NCBI GenBank assembly: GCA_031384195.1
Contig: JANNAK010000036.1
Location: forward strand, 1-50,564
From: Gammaproteobacteria bacterium
GTDB taxonomy: Bacteria; Pseudomonadota; Gammaproteobacteria; Nevskiales; Nevskiaceae
DNA: 50,564 nt
Direction of reading: 5' to 3'
In this document: positions 21,289 to 30,689 of the stretch, piece after piece
Layout: every line of letters begins with the position of its first letter
Numbering within the stretch: position 1 is the first letter of the stretch
Notes under the pieces: generated by a model
What the model saw: the letters and a program-made list of their open reading frames with translations, nothing else
What the model was told of the DNA's origin: nothing
Database searches by the model: none
Program-made: the position numbers and the translations under genes

Positions 21289-22206
21289 GTGAACAGCAGC
21301 GACTTCCAGCTGGGATTGTCGGGCGGCGTGCCAATCCATGGTTGGCGGGCACAGCCGCAGGCGTCGCCGCGGGGTGTTGTCCAGCTCATCCATGGCATGG
21401 CCGAGCACAGTGGCCGCTACCAGCGACTCGCCAGCGCCCTGTGCGGGGCGGGATACGCGGTTTATGCACACGACCTGCCGGGACACGGGCCGGGCTGTCC
21501 GCCCGAACTGCGCGGCCACTTTGCGGATCGTCGTGGCTGGCGCCGCGCACTCGCCTCGGTCCGGAACGTGCAGCGACTCTCGCAGCAAGAGCATCCGCGC
21601 CTGCCGCACTATCTGCTGGGTCACAGCATGGGCTCGTTCCTGTTGCAGCACTACATCGCCGACCACGGCAGCTCCCTGGCCGGCGCGGTGTTCTCGGCCA
21701 CGACCGGAAACGTTGGGCGACTGCGCAGCCTTGGTCTCGCGCTGGTCCGGGTTGAGGCCATGATCTGGGGCCGGCGGCGCCAAAGCGCCGTGGGCGAGGC
21801 GCTGGCGTTCCGGAATTTCAACCGGGCGTTCGCCCCGGCGCGGACGGATTTTGACTGGCTGTCCCGGGACGCCACCGAAGTCGATCGCTACATTTCCGAT
21901 CCCTACTGCGGATTCCGGTGCACGACCGGGCTGTGGATAGACCTCCTCGAGGCTTGCGGCCGGCTCACGCGCCCGGCGCGGGTGCGGCGCATTCCGGCCG
22001 GGTTGCCGGTCTTGATGATCGCCGGCGAGCTTGATCCGGTATCGCAAGGGGGGCACGGGCCGAAGGTGCTGGCCGACCTGTATCGCAAGTCCGGGCTGCG
22101 CGATGTCAGCGTACGGGTGTATCCGAAGGCACGGCACGAACTTTTCAACGACAATTGCCGCGACGAGGTGACCACCGACCTGATTGCCTGGTTGGGGAAT
22201 CATTAA
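21289..22206 (+). CDS. alpha/beta hydrolase (lysophospholipase / monoacylglycerol lipase-like)
   Basis: ORF 20707..22206 trimmed to GTG 21289 (VNSSDFQLGL); upstream of that point the frame is antisense to glpK. HGMAEHSGRY oxyanion block, nucleophile elbow GHSMGS, C-terminal ARHE. Confidence 0.7.
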   Translation: MNSSDFQLGLSGGVPIHGWRAQPQASPRGVVQLIHGMAEHSGRYQRLASALCGAGYAVYAHDLPGHGPGCPPELRGHFADRRGWRRALASVRNVQRLSQQEHPRLPHYLLGHSMGSFLLQHYIADHGSSLAGAVFSATTGNVGRLRSLGLALVRVEAMIWGRRRQSAVGEALAFRNFNRAFAPARTDFDWLSRDATEVDRYISDPYCGFRCTTGLWIDLLEACGRLTRPARVRRIPAGLPVLMIAGELDPVSQGGHGPKVLADLYRKSGLRDVSVRVYPKARHELFNDNCRDEVTTDLIAWLGNH

Positions 22207-22250
22207 CCGGCCGGCGGGTCTGATCCGGTGCAAAGAACGGGAGACCGGCC

Positions 22251-23069
22251 ATGCGGCCTGCAAAAATCATTGGAGCCATGCTGATGGGATTTTCACTGGC
22301 GGCGCTGGGCGCGCCCAAGGCTGAGTTGTGGCCGCGCTTCGGGGGTAGCGGCAGGACCGCCGCCGAGATTGATCATTCCGAGTGGGACTTGTTCCTGCAG
22401 ACCAACGTGAAGGTTGGGCTGGACGGCATCAATCGCCTGCCGTACGGCAGCATTTCCAGCGCGGATCGTGCGCGGCTGAAGGACTACCTGGAGCGAATGC
22501 AGGCGCTGGAAATCCAGAAATATCCACGCGCCGAGCAGCGCGCGTACTGGATCAACCTTTACAACGCGGCAACCGTGCAAGTGGTCCTCGACCACTACCC
22601 GGTCGAGACCATTACCAAGATCAATATCTCGCCGGGATTCTTTTCCAAGGGGCCCTGGAAAAAGAAATTGCTCGCGGTGGAGGGCGAGCCGGTGTCGCTG
22701 GACGACATTGAGCACCGCATCCTGCGCCCGATCTGGCGCGATGCGCGAACGCACTACGTCGTGAATTGCGCGTCGATCGGTTGCCCCAACCTTGCGCGTC
22801 GTGCCTACACCGCCTCGAACATGGACGGCATGCTGGACGACGCCGCGCGCGCCTTTATCGGCAGCGAGCGGGGCGTCAGCGTCAAGGGCGGCAAGCTCAC
22901 GGTCTCGAGCATCTACAAGTGGTTCCAGGAAGACTTCGGCGAGGGCGACACGGCCGTCATCGCGCACATGAAGAAATACGCGAGCATTTCATTGCGCAAG
23001 AAACTGGGCGAGTTCGACCACTTCGATTCGGACCAGTACGACTGGTCGTTGAACGACGCCACCCAGTAG
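22251..23069 (+). CDS. DUF547 domain-containing protein (secreted)
   Basis: Signal peptide, then AYWINLYNAATVQVVLDHYP...LDDIEHRILRP...DARTHYVVNCASIGCPNL, the characteristic DUF547 core. Confidence 0.7.
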   Translation: MRPAKIIGAMLMGFSLAALGAPKAELWPRFGGSGRTAAEIDHSEWDLFLQTNVKVGLDGINRLPYGSISSADRARLKDYLERMQALEIQKYPRAEQRAYWINLYNAATVQVVLDHYPVETITKINISPGFFSKGPWKKKLLAVEGEPVSLDDIEHRILRPIWRDARTHYVVNCASIGCPNLARRAYTASNMDGMLDDAARAFIGSERGVSVKGGKLTVSSIYKWFQEDFGEGDTAVIAHMKKYASISLRKKLGEFDHFDSDQYDWSLNDATQ

Positions 23070-23125
23070 GCCCGGACGGCCGGACACAAGCCGCGGTCCT
23101 GGCGCCCTTTGATCTTTCCGGCGGG

Positions 23126-23923
23126 CTAAAGCGGCCGGGCGGGTTGGGTCAGCAGCTTGCCGAGGCGCTGGTCGGCGGCGTCCCGGAACTGCGCTAAACC
23201 AATGGTCATGCCCTCGTGGCCGGCGGCGGGCTGAGCGGCGTAACTGCCGAACAGGTGGTCCCACCAAGGCAAATTGAAGCCGAAATTGCGGTCGTGCTCG
23301 GCGCGCAACACCGAGTGATGCACCCGGTGCATGTCCGGCGTCACCAGTACCTTGCGCAGGACGCGGTCCAGCGACAGCGGCAGCTTGAGGTTGGCGTGGT
23401 TGAACATCGCCGTCGCATTCAGCGCAATCTCAAACAGCAGTACCGCCACCGCCGGCGCGCCCAGCGCGACCACCGCGGTCATCTTGACCAGCATCGACAG
23501 CAGGATTTCGACCGGGTGGAAGCGTAACGCCGTGGTGGCGTCAAACTCGATGTCGCTGTGATGCACACGGTGCAGCCGCCACAGGCCGGGGATGCGGTGA
23601 AACAGCCGGTGTTGCCAGTAAATCAGGCAATCGAAGCCCAGGAAGGATACGGCGACGGCGAGCCAGGCCGGCGCGGCAATGGCGTTGAACAGCCCCCAGC
23701 CGCACGCTTGCGCCAGCGCGGCCACCCCCATGGCGCCAACCGGCAGCAGCACGCGCAGCAGGATTGTGTCGAGCAGCACCATGCCCGCGTTGGCAGACCA
23801 GCGCAGCCGACGTGCGGTGACCGCGCGCCGGGGACGCAGGGCCTCCAGGGCAAGCATCAGGGCCAGGACGCCCACGAAAACGCCCAGGCGCAGGCCCGGT
23901 TCGTGGCTTAACGCCCACTCCAT
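23126..23923 (-). CDS. sterol desaturase / fatty-acid hydroxylase family membrane protein
   Basis: ORF 23126..24370 trimmed to ATG 23923 (MEWALSHEPG). Histidine boxes YWQHRLFH, HRVHHSD and HRVHHS, with four or more TM segments. Confidence 0.7.
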   Translation of the reverse strand: MEWALSHEPGLRLGVFVGVLALMLALEALRPRRAVTARRLRWSANAGMVLLDTILLRVLLPVGAMGVAALAQACGWGLFNAIAAPAWLAVAVSFLGFDCLIYWQHRLFHRIPGLWRLHRVHHSDIEFDATTALRFHPVEILLSMLVKMTAVVALGAPAVAVLLFEIALNATAMFNHANLKLPLSLDRVLRKVLVTPDMHRVHHSVLRAEHDRNFGFNLPWWDHLFGSYAAQPAAGHEGMTIGLAQFRDAADQRLGKLLTQPARPL

Positions 23924-23948
23924 CAGCGGTGGTCCCTGTTCACGCCGG

Positions 23949-23954
23949 TATAAT
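23949..23954 (+). promoter_or_regulatory. candidate -10 box for hemB-aroE
   Basis: Perfect TATAAT at 23949-23954 in the divergent desaturase/hemB intergenic region, 30 nt before the proposed hemB start. I see no good -35. Confidence 0.3.
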
Positions 23955-23984
23955 CGCCTCTTTCCTCCCCAGCCGGAAAATCCC

Positions 23985-24980
23985 TTGTTCCCAGGCAAGT
24001 ACCCCGCCACCCGTATGCGCCGTACCCGCCAGGCCGACTGGATTCGCCGGGTGGTGCGTGAAACGCGCCTGGTGCCGGAGCAGTTGATCCAGCCGCTGTT
24101 CGTGGCCGAAGGCAAGTTGTGCGGCGCGGTGAACGCGATGCCAGGCGTCAGCCGCCTGTCGCTGGCCGAGCTGCAGCGCGAGGTCAAGGCGCTGCACAAG
24201 CTGGGCATTGCCTCGGTTGCGCTGTTCCCGGTGATTCCGCCAGCGAAGAAAAATGAGCAGGGTGACGAGGCACTGAATCCCGAGGGCTTGGTTCCGCGGG
24301 CGATTGCCGCCGCCAAGGACGCCTGCCCGGATATCGGCATCATCGTCGACATTGCACTGGATCCGTACACCAGCCACGGTCACGACGGCGTGCTGGATGC
24401 GCGCGGCAACGTCGACAACGACTCGACCGTGGAAATCCTCGGTCGCCAGGCCGTGCTGTATGCACGCGCCGGTGCTGACGTGCTGGCGCCGTCCGACATG
24501 ATGGATGGGCGCATCGGCGCCATCCGGCAGGTGTTGGAGCGTGCGGGGCTGAAGAACACGCTGTTGCTGTCTTACGCGGCGAAGTACGCCAGCGGGTTTT
24601 ATGGCCCGTTCCGCTCGGCCGTCGGTTCCGCCTCGCAACTCAAGGGCGACAAGCGCAACTACCAGATGGACCCGGCCAACACCGACGAAGCCTTGCGTGA
24701 GGTGGCGCTGGACCTGGCTGAAGGCGCCGACCTGGTGATGGTCAAGCCCGGCTTGCCTTACCTCGACATCATTCGCCGCGTTAAGGATCGCTTTGGCGTG
24801 CCGACCGTGGCCTACCAGGTCAGCGGCGAGTATTCGATGATCATGGCTGCCGCCGAGAAGGGCTGGCTGGACGAGAAAACCGCCGCGCTCGAGAGCCTGC
24901 TGTGCCTGCGGCGCGCCGGCGCCGACGCGATCCTGACGTACTTCGCCAAGTCTGCCGCGCGCTGGCTGCAGGAACGCTAG
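23985..24980 (+). CDS. hemB: porphobilinogen synthase (delta-aminolevulinate dehydratase)
   Basis: ORF 23679..24980 trimmed. KYPATRMRRTRQADWIRRVVRE aligns with the conserved HemB N-terminus, so the start must be the TTG at 23985 (ATG 24015 would truncate it). Also has the active-site block APSDMMDGRIGAIR and the Schiff-base lysine region VMVKPGLPYLD. Confidence 0.88.
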   Translation: MFPGKYPATRMRRTRQADWIRRVVRETRLVPEQLIQPLFVAEGKLCGAVNAMPGVSRLSLAELQREVKALHKLGIASVALFPVIPPAKKNEQGDEALNPEGLVPRAIAAAKDACPDIGIIVDIALDPYTSHGHDGVLDARGNVDNDSTVEILGRQAVLYARAGADVLAPSDMMDGRIGAIRQVLERAGLKNTLLLSYAAKYASGFYGPFRSAVGSASQLKGDKRNYQMDPANTDEALREVALDLAEGADLVMVKPGLPYLDIIRRVKDRFGVPTVAYQVSGEYSMIMAAAEKGWLDEKTAALESLLCLRRAGADAILTYFAKSAARWLQER

Positions 24981-25792
24981 TGCATCGTCACGCGGTTCTG
25001 GGCCAGCCGGTGGCGCACAGTTTGTCGCCCAAGATCCACGCGCAGTTTGCTGCGCAAACGGGCGTTGAGCTGGAATACCAGGCGATTGAAACGGCCTCTG
25101 CTGATTTCGCCGAAACGCTGGCACGCCTGCATGCCGAAGGCTTTCGCGGCCTGAACGTCACCCTGCCGCACAAGCTGGCGGCGTTCGATGCCTGCGCCGA
25201 ACGATCGGACGCCGCCGGGATCGCCAAGTCGGTGAACACGCTGACGCGAACCAAGCACGGTTGGCGTGGCGACAACACCGACGGCACCGGGCTGGTTCGT
25301 GACCTCGTGCAGAACCCGAAGCTCGGCATCCGCGGACGAAACGTCCTGCTGCTGGGAGCGGGCGGTGCGGTGCGCGGCATCCTCAAGCCGCTGCTCGATG
25401 AAAAGCCTTCAGAACTGACGCTGTCGAACCGCAATCCCTGGAAGCCGGAATTGCTGGCCAGCGAATTCAAGGTCTACGGCAACCTTCGGCCCTGCAGCCA
25501 CATGGCGCTCAAGGGCGACCTGTTCGACCTGGTCATCAACGCGACGTCGGCAGGGCACACGGGCGAAATGGTGAAGCTGCCGGGCCAGTTGCTGGCGAAG
25601 GACGGGGCCTGTTATGACCTTTCCTATGGCAAGGCCTTCGAGCCTTTCCGGGCCTGGGCCGCGGCGCAGGGTGCCGCCGTCATCGCCGACGGCATTGGCA
25701 TGCTGGTGGAGCAGGCGGCGGCCGCGTTCGAGTTGTGGCATGGCATACGGCCAAAAACGGCGCCGGTGATCGCAGCGTTGCGCAGCGCGTAA
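24980..25792 (+). CDS. aroE: shikimate dehydrogenase
   Basis: GTG 24980 overlaps the hemB TAG by 1 nt. VHRHAVLGQPVAHSLSPKIH aligns with the AroE N-terminus. Also NVTLPHK, NTDG.G and LLLGAGGA blocks. Confidence 0.85.
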   Translation: MHRHAVLGQPVAHSLSPKIHAQFAAQTGVELEYQAIETASADFAETLARLHAEGFRGLNVTLPHKLAAFDACAERSDAAGIAKSVNTLTRTKHGWRGDNTDGTGLVRDLVQNPKLGIRGRNVLLLGAGGAVRGILKPLLDEKPSELTLSNRNPWKPELLASEFKVYGNLRPCSHMALKGDLFDLVINATSAGHTGEMVKLPGQLLAKDGACYDLSYGKAFEPFRAWAAAQGAAVIADGIGMLVEQAAAAFELWHGIRPKTAPVIAALRSA

Positions 25793-25823
25793 CCCGGAGT
25801 TGGTCTGACCCTGTTGCTCCCGC

Positions 25824-26723
25824 TCAATTACCGAGGCGGGCGTGGAATTCGAGAAATGCCTTTAGTACGGCCGCGCTGTCCTCGACCTGCGGGTAGTGAC
25901 CAATCCTTGGCAACACGACGCTGTCGGGCGCCGGCACTAGTTCACGATAGCGGTCAACCATATGTTGGCCGGAGACCGGGTCTTCCGGTCCGTCGATAAA
26001 GCGCAGCGGCACGGTGGTTTTTTGCAGCACGCCCACCCAGCGCTCGCGGTTGGCGTGCCGCTCCGGGATGTAGCGAATCAAACGGTGCATCACGTGCCGG
26101 CCGCGGTTTCCGCAGACCAATTCCCAAAAGTCATCCAGTTCTTCGATGGAAGGCCGGGTATCCGGCCCAAAGATGGCCGAAAAGCTCTGGCCGAAACTGC
26201 GCCGGTTCATCAGGCGGCCCAGCACCGGGCCGAGGGGGGTCAACAGCAGCTTTTGGATCAGCCGCGGGCGGTGGCTTTCTGGAAACAGGCCGCCGTTCAG
26301 CAGTACGCAGGAGCGGATGACCAGCGCCGGATTGCGCGCGCGTGCCCGGTCCTCGTGGCGCGCCAGCAGCTCCTGCGCCACGGTGTCGCCATAGTCGTGC
26401 GACAGGATGTGGTAGCGGCGTACGCCCAGTTTGTGCAGCAGGTTTTCGTGCAGCTCGGCCTGATCGAAGATCGAATAGGGATAGCCCGCTGGCTTGCCGG
26501 AGAAGCCAAAACCAATCATGTCCGGCGCGATGACGCGGTCGAACCCGGCGCACAACGTGTCCCAAACCTGGTTCCAGTCCCAGGACGCAGTCGGGAATCC
26601 ATGCACCAGCACCAGCGCGGTATCGGCCTGCGGGTTTCGGCCGCCCTGCCGGTAAAACACCGGGTGGCCGCGGTGGCTGTACCAAAGTCCCGCCGCGCGC
26701 CAGCGTGTGAGCCCGGGGCTCAC
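25824..26723 (-). CDS. alpha/beta hydrolase (epoxide-hydrolase/MEST-like, Asp nucleophile)
   Basis: LVHGFPTASWDW oxyanion block, nucleophile elbow SHDYGD, C-terminal GHYPQVE. Its start overlaps the tatC stop by 4 nt. Confidence 0.7.
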   Translation of the reverse strand: MSPGLTRWRAAGLWYSHRGHPVFYRQGGRNPQADTALVLVHGFPTASWDWNQVWDTLCAGFDRVIAPDMIGFGFSGKPAGYPYSIFDQAELHENLLHKLGVRRYHILSHDYGDTVAQELLARHEDRARARNPALVIRSCVLLNGGLFPESHRPRLIQKLLLTPLGPVLGRLMNRRSFGQSFSAIFGPDTRPSIEELDDFWELVCGNRGRHVMHRLIRYIPERHANRERWVGVLQKTTVPLRFIDGPEDPVSGQHMVDRYRELVPAPDSVVLPRIGHYPQVEDSAAVLKAFLEFHARLGN

Positions 26724-27511
26724 GGCTTGCGGCCTTCAAGCCGCCGCTGTTCCTCGACTTCGCGGCTGCCGGGAACCAGCAGGCGCGCAGCCACGATGCC
26801 GATTTCGTAAAGCAGGTAGGCCGGCACCGCCAGCATGATCTGCGAGAACACATCGGGCGGCGTCAGCACCGCGGCGACCACGAAGGCGCCCACCAAGACA
26901 TAGTCGCGCTTGGCGGCGAGCTCGGCCGGGGTAACGAATCCGGTGCGGACCAGCAACACCAGCGCCACCGGCGTTTCGAATACCAGGCCAAACGCAACGA
27001 ACAGCGAGAGTACAAAATCCAGGTAGCGACTGATATCGGTCATGACCGACACGCCCTCGGGCGCAACGGCGACGAAGAATCCCAGTGCGACCGGCAGCAC
27101 CAGGAAGTACGCAAAGGCGACGCCGGCATAGAACATCGCCGTGCTCGAAGCCAGCAGGGGCACCACCAGGCGCTGTTCGTTCTTGTATAGGCCGGGCGCC
27201 ACAAACGCCCAGATCTGGAACAGCACCCAGGGCAGGGCGAGGACAAAAGCGACCACCGCCGCAAGCTTGAACGGCGTGAGAAACGGCGAGGCGACTTCGG
27301 TGGCGATCATCGCGCTGCCGGGGGGCAGCAGCTTCAGCAACGGCGCGGCGACCAGGGTGTAGAGCTCCTGCGCAAAAAAGGCCAGCGGCAGGAACACCAG
27401 CGCAATGCCGGCCAGCGCGCGCAGCAGCCGGGTCCGCAGTTCCAGCAGGTGGTTGACCAGCGGTTGTTCGGCTGCGCCGGGCTCAGCCACGCGGGGGGCC
27501 GCGGATGTCAT
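26720..27511 (-). CDS. tatC: twin-arginine translocase subunit TatC
   Basis: PLVNHLLELRTRLL N-terminus, six TM segments, FVAPGLYKNE and LTPPDVFSQ blocks. Confidence 0.92.
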   Translation of the reverse strand: MTSAAPRVAEPGAAEQPLVNHLLELRTRLLRALAGIALVFLPLAFFAQELYTLVAAPLLKLLPPGSAMIATEVASPFLTPFKLAAVVAFVLALPWVLFQIWAFVAPGLYKNEQRLVVPLLASSTAMFYAGVAFAYFLVLPVALGFFVAVAPEGVSVMTDISRYLDFVLSLFVAFGLVFETPVALVLLVRTGFVTPAELAAKRDYVLVGAFVVAAVLTPPDVFSQIMLAVPAYLLYEIGIVAARLLVPGSREVEEQRRLEGRKP

Positions 27512-27755
27512 CCAGCGAGGACTTTACTGATTTCGCCTCGTCCTCGAGAATTTTTTTCGCTTCGCGCAGGCCGGTGGTCATTTCGTGGCCGGCAGTTTCG
27601 CGTTCCAGTTCACTGGTGAGATTTCGCATATAGATGCGGGCCTGCCCGGTCCAGCGGCCGAGCGTGCGGGCCACCGCCGGCAGCTTTTCCGGGCCGAGTA
27701 CGACCAGAGCCACGACAAAGCACAGGATCAGCTCGGTCAGCGAAATATCAAACAT
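27483..27755 (-). CDS. tatB: twin-arginine translocase subunit TatB
   Basis: MFDISLTELILCFVVALVVLGPEKLP, then an amphipathic helix. Overlaps the annotated tatC start by 29 nt. Confidence 0.85.
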   Translation of the reverse strand: MFDISLTELILCFVVALVVLGPEKLPAVARTLGRWTGQARIYMRNLTSELERETAGHEMTTGLREAKKILEDEAKSVKSSLDDIRGPPRG

Positions 27756-27776
27756 GGCCGGGCCGCGCCTGGCGCA

Positions 27777-27983
27777 TCAGGTCTTGTTCGGCGGGTCGCC
27801 GGGCTTGGACGAATTGTCCTCGGTCTTTTTTGTCGCGTCAGTTTCGCCTTCGCGCATCGCCGACTTGAAGCTCTTGATCGCGCCACCGAGGTCGCTGCCG
27901 ACGTTGCGCAGTTTCCGGGTGCCAAAAATCAGCACCACGACCGCGAGGACGATTAACCAGTGCCAGATGCTCAATGTGCCCAT
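27777..27983 (-). CDS. tatA: twin-arginine translocase subunit TatA
   Basis: [40 protein letters not shown]: canonical TatA/E. Confidence 0.9.
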   Translation of the reverse strand: MGTLSIWHWLIVLAVVVLIFGTRKLRNVGSDLGGAIKSFKSAMREGETDATKKTEDNSSKPGDPPNKT

Positions 27984-27995
27984 GTCTTCACCTCG

Positions 27996-28325
27996 TCAGC
28001 GCTTCTCGCGCGCGGCTTTTTCCGCCAGACCCGATTGTCCCATGCGCCGGGACAGTTCGCCGGTGACGTCCTGCGGCGGGATGCCGCGTGCGGCCATCAG
28101 CACCAGGGCATGGAACCACAGGTCGGCGAGTTCATGCACCAGCGCGCCGCGATCGTCGCCCTTGGCGGCCAGCACCGTCTCCGTCGCTTCCTCGCCAATC
28201 TTCTTCAGGATGGCGTCGATGCCGTCGCGGTACAGGCGCGAGACATACGACGATTCGGGGTCGGCGGACTTGCGTTCGAGCAGGGTCGCGTACAGGCGTA
28301 TCAGCACATCATCGGTGGTGTTCAT
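27996..28325 (-). CDS. hisE: phosphoribosyl-ATP pyrophosphatase (stand-alone HisE)
   Basis: 109 aa. SYVSRLY...[15 protein letters not shown]...[13 protein letters not shown] is the MazG-like HisE signature. Confidence 0.88.
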   Translation of the reverse strand: MNTTDDVLIRLYATLLERKSADPESSYVSRLYRDGIDAILKKIGEEATETVLAAKGDDRGALVHELADLWFHALVLMAARGIPPQDVTGELSRRMGQSGLAEKAAREKR

Positions 28326-28346
28326 GGCGGCCAGTTTACCGCCGGG

Positions 28347-29114
28347 TCAAGACCGGACAGTGATGCCCTTGCCCCTGAGATATTTCCTGGCGTCGGCCAC
28401 GGTGTGGGTCCCGTGGTGAAAGATGCTGGCTGCCAGCACCGCGTCGGCGCCACTGGACAGGCCCTGATACAGGTGGTCGAGCTCGCCGACGCCACCGGAG
28501 GCGACGATCGGCACGGGCACCGCAGCCGACACCGCCTGGATCAGCTCCAGGTCGTAGCCTTCCTTGGTGCCGTCCTTGTCCATGCTGGTGACCAGCAACT
28601 CGCCGGCCCCCTTCTGCACCATCTTGATCGCCCACTCGATGGCATCCAGGCCAGTCGCCTTGCGCCCGCCGTGAGTGAAGATTTCCCAGCGCGGGGGCTG
28701 TTTTTTCTTGCTGACGCGCTTGGCGTCTATGGCCACCACGATGCACTGCACGCCGTAGCGCTCGCCGGCCTCAGTGACGAAGTCCGGATTTTCCACTGCG
28801 CCGGTGTTGATCGACACCTTGTCGGCGCCGGCGCTGAGCAGCGCGCGCACGTCGGCCAGCTGGCGCACGCCGCCACCGACGGTCAACGGGATGTAGATCT
28901 GCTCGGCCACCGACTCGACCACCCTGAACAGGGTCGGCCGGTCCTCGGCGCTGGCGGTGATGTCGAGGAACACCAGTTCATCGGCGCCTTGCAGGTCGTA
29001 GCGCCGCGCCACTTCCACCGGGTCGCCGGCGTCCTGCAAGTCGGCAAAGCGCACGCCCTTGACGACGCGGCCCTTGTCGATGTCCAGGCACGGGATGATG
29101 CGTTTGGCGAGCAT
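28347..29114 (-). CDS. hisF: imidazole glycerol phosphate synthase, cyclase subunit
   Basis: ORF 28347..29504 trimmed to ATG 29114 ([23 protein letters not shown]). Also [11 protein letters not shown] and GADKVSINT blocks. Confidence 0.92.
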   Translation of the reverse strand: MLAKRIIPCLDIDKGRVVKGVRFADLQDAGDPVEVARRYDLQGADELVFLDITASAEDRPTLFRVVESVAEQIYIPLTVGGGVRQLADVRALLSAGADKVSINTGAVENPDFVTEAGERYGVQCIVVAIDAKRVSKKKQPPRWEIFTHGGRKATGLDAIEWAIKMVQKGAGELLVTSMDKDGTKEGYDLELIQAVSAAVPVPIVASGGVGELDHLYQGLSSGADAVLAASIFHHGTHTVADARKYLRGKGITVRS

Positions 29115-29128
29115 GGAAAAACCCGCCG

Positions 29129-29851
29129 TCAGGCAAGCGCCTTGAGAGCATCCTTGAGCGTGAACGAGCCTTCGTAAAGCGCCCGGCCAACCACGCAGCC
29201 GGCGACGCCATCCGGTTCCATTTCCTTCAACAGCTTCAAGTCTTTCAGGCTGCTGATGCCGCCGGAGGCATACACCGGCGTCTTGACCGACTTGGCCAGT
29301 GCCCGCGTGGTCTCGACGTTGAACCCCGACATCATCCCGTCCTTCGCAATATCGGTGTAGATGATGGCTTCGGCGCCGTCGCGTTCGCAGTGGATCGCGG
29401 CCTCGACCGCGTCGTGGCCGGTGACCTTGGCCCAGCCGTTGAGCGCCACGCGTCCGTCTTTGGCATCGATGCTGACCAGGATGTGGCGCGGGTACTCCAG
29501 GCACAGGTCGTGCAGGAAGTGCGGGGCGGTGATCGCCTTGGTGCCGACGATGATGTAGGCCGCGCCGGCGTCAAGAAGGTGCTGGACCGTTTCCTCGTCG
29601 CGGATGCCGCCGCCGACCTGCACCGGGATCTTCACCGCGGCCACGATTTTCTCGATGGCCTTCAGGTTCATGGGGTGGCCCTTGATCGCGCCGTCGAGGT
29701 CCACCACGTGCAGGCGTTGCGCGCCCTCGTCGGCCCAGCGCTTGGCCATTGCCGCCGGATCGTCGGAGTAAACCGTCGCGTCGTCCATTTTCCCCTGGCG
29801 CAGGCGCACGCACTGGCCACCTTTCAGGTCAATGGCAGGGATCAGCAGCAT
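29129..29851 (-). CDS. hisA: 1-(5-phosphoribosyl)-5-[(5-phosphoribosylamino)methylideneamino]imidazole-4-carboxamide isomerase
   Basis: [20 protein letters not shown]...LHVVDLDGA...VQVGGGIR: HisA signature. Confidence 0.92.
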   Translation of the reverse strand: MLLIPAIDLKGGQCVRLRQGKMDDATVYSDDPAAMAKRWADEGAQRLHVVDLDGAIKGHPMNLKAIEKIVAAVKIPVQVGGGIRDEETVQHLLDAGAAYIIVGTKAITAPHFLHDLCLEYPRHILVSIDAKDGRVALNGWAKVTGHDAVEAAIHCERDGAEAIIYTDIAKDGMMSGFNVETTRALAKSVKTPVYASGGISSLKDLKLLKEMEPDGVAGCVVGRALYEGSFTLKDALKALA

Positions 29852-29992
29852 GGGGGCAAGTCCGCGGGGGGTGGAGCGAAGCGATAGGAAGGGCTGAATC
29901 AGCGAGAGCGTGGGTTCAGCGCGTCGAATGGCGGAGGAGGATCAAAGGATGCCTTGGGGAAAACTCTGCACCAAAGCGCCGGGCAAGGCAAG

Positions 29993-30637
29993 TCACGCCT
30001 TGCCGTCCCAGTCAATGAAATTGGACAGCAACTGCATGCCGGTGCCCTGGCTTTTCTCGGGGTGAAACTGGAAGGCAACGATGTTGTCCCGGGCGACGGC
30101 CGCACAAAACGGACCGCCGTAGTCCGAGGTGCCCAGCGTGTGGATTGGCTGGCGCGGAGCGGCGTGGTAGCTGTGCACGAAATAAAACCAGCTTTGATCG
30201 GGAATGCCCTTCCACATCGGATGCTTGCGCTCCTGCTTTACCTGGTTCCAGCCCATGTGCGGCACCTTGAGGCGCGGATTGTCGCCCGGCGCCGGATCCG
30301 GAAAGCGCACCACCTTGCCGGGGATCAGGCCCAGGGCCGGCACGCCGGCGTTCTCGTCACTCCACTCCAGCATCACCTGCATGCCCAGGCAAATGCCGAG
30401 CACCGGCACCTTGCCGGCCTGCTCGACCACCATTTCGGAAAGTTCCAGCCGCTGCAATTCCTTCATGCAGGCGCGCACGCCGCCGACGCCGGGCAGCACC
30501 AGCTTGTCGCAGTCGCGCAGTATGTCGGCGTCGTAGCTGATGATTACGCGCTCGGAACTGGCCACGCGCTCGAGCGCCTTGCCGAGCGAATGCAGGTTGC
30601 CCATGCCGTAGTCAATGATGCCGATCGTGACTGCCAA
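29993..30637 (-). CDS. hisH: imidazole glycerol phosphate synthase, glutamine amidotransferase subunit
   Basis: ORF 29993..30922 trimmed. The only start upstream of the conserved IGIIDYGMGNLHS block is TTG 30637. Also LPGVG, catalytic GICLGMQ, and FQFHPEKS. Confidence 0.85.
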   Translation of the reverse strand: MAVTIGIIDYGMGNLHSLGKALERVASSERVIISYDADILRDCDKLVLPGVGGVRACMKELQRLELSEMVVEQAGKVPVLGICLGMQVMLEWSDENAGVPALGLIPGKVVRFPDPAPGDNPRLKVPHMGWNQVKQERKHPMWKGIPDQSWFYFVHSYHAAPRQPIHTLGTSDYGGPFCAAVARDNIVAFQFHPEKSQGTGMQLLSNFIDWDGKA

Positions 30638-30689
30638 GGGCGTAATCCGTAGTCGAATTGGCGACGCGAAGGGTCCAGCCCGCTGGGGA

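Noticed and set aside
23940-25124. 394-aa minus-strand ORF antisense to hemB
   Set aside because: No domain signature. It overlaps the well-supported hemB/aroE genes and is a shadow ORF.
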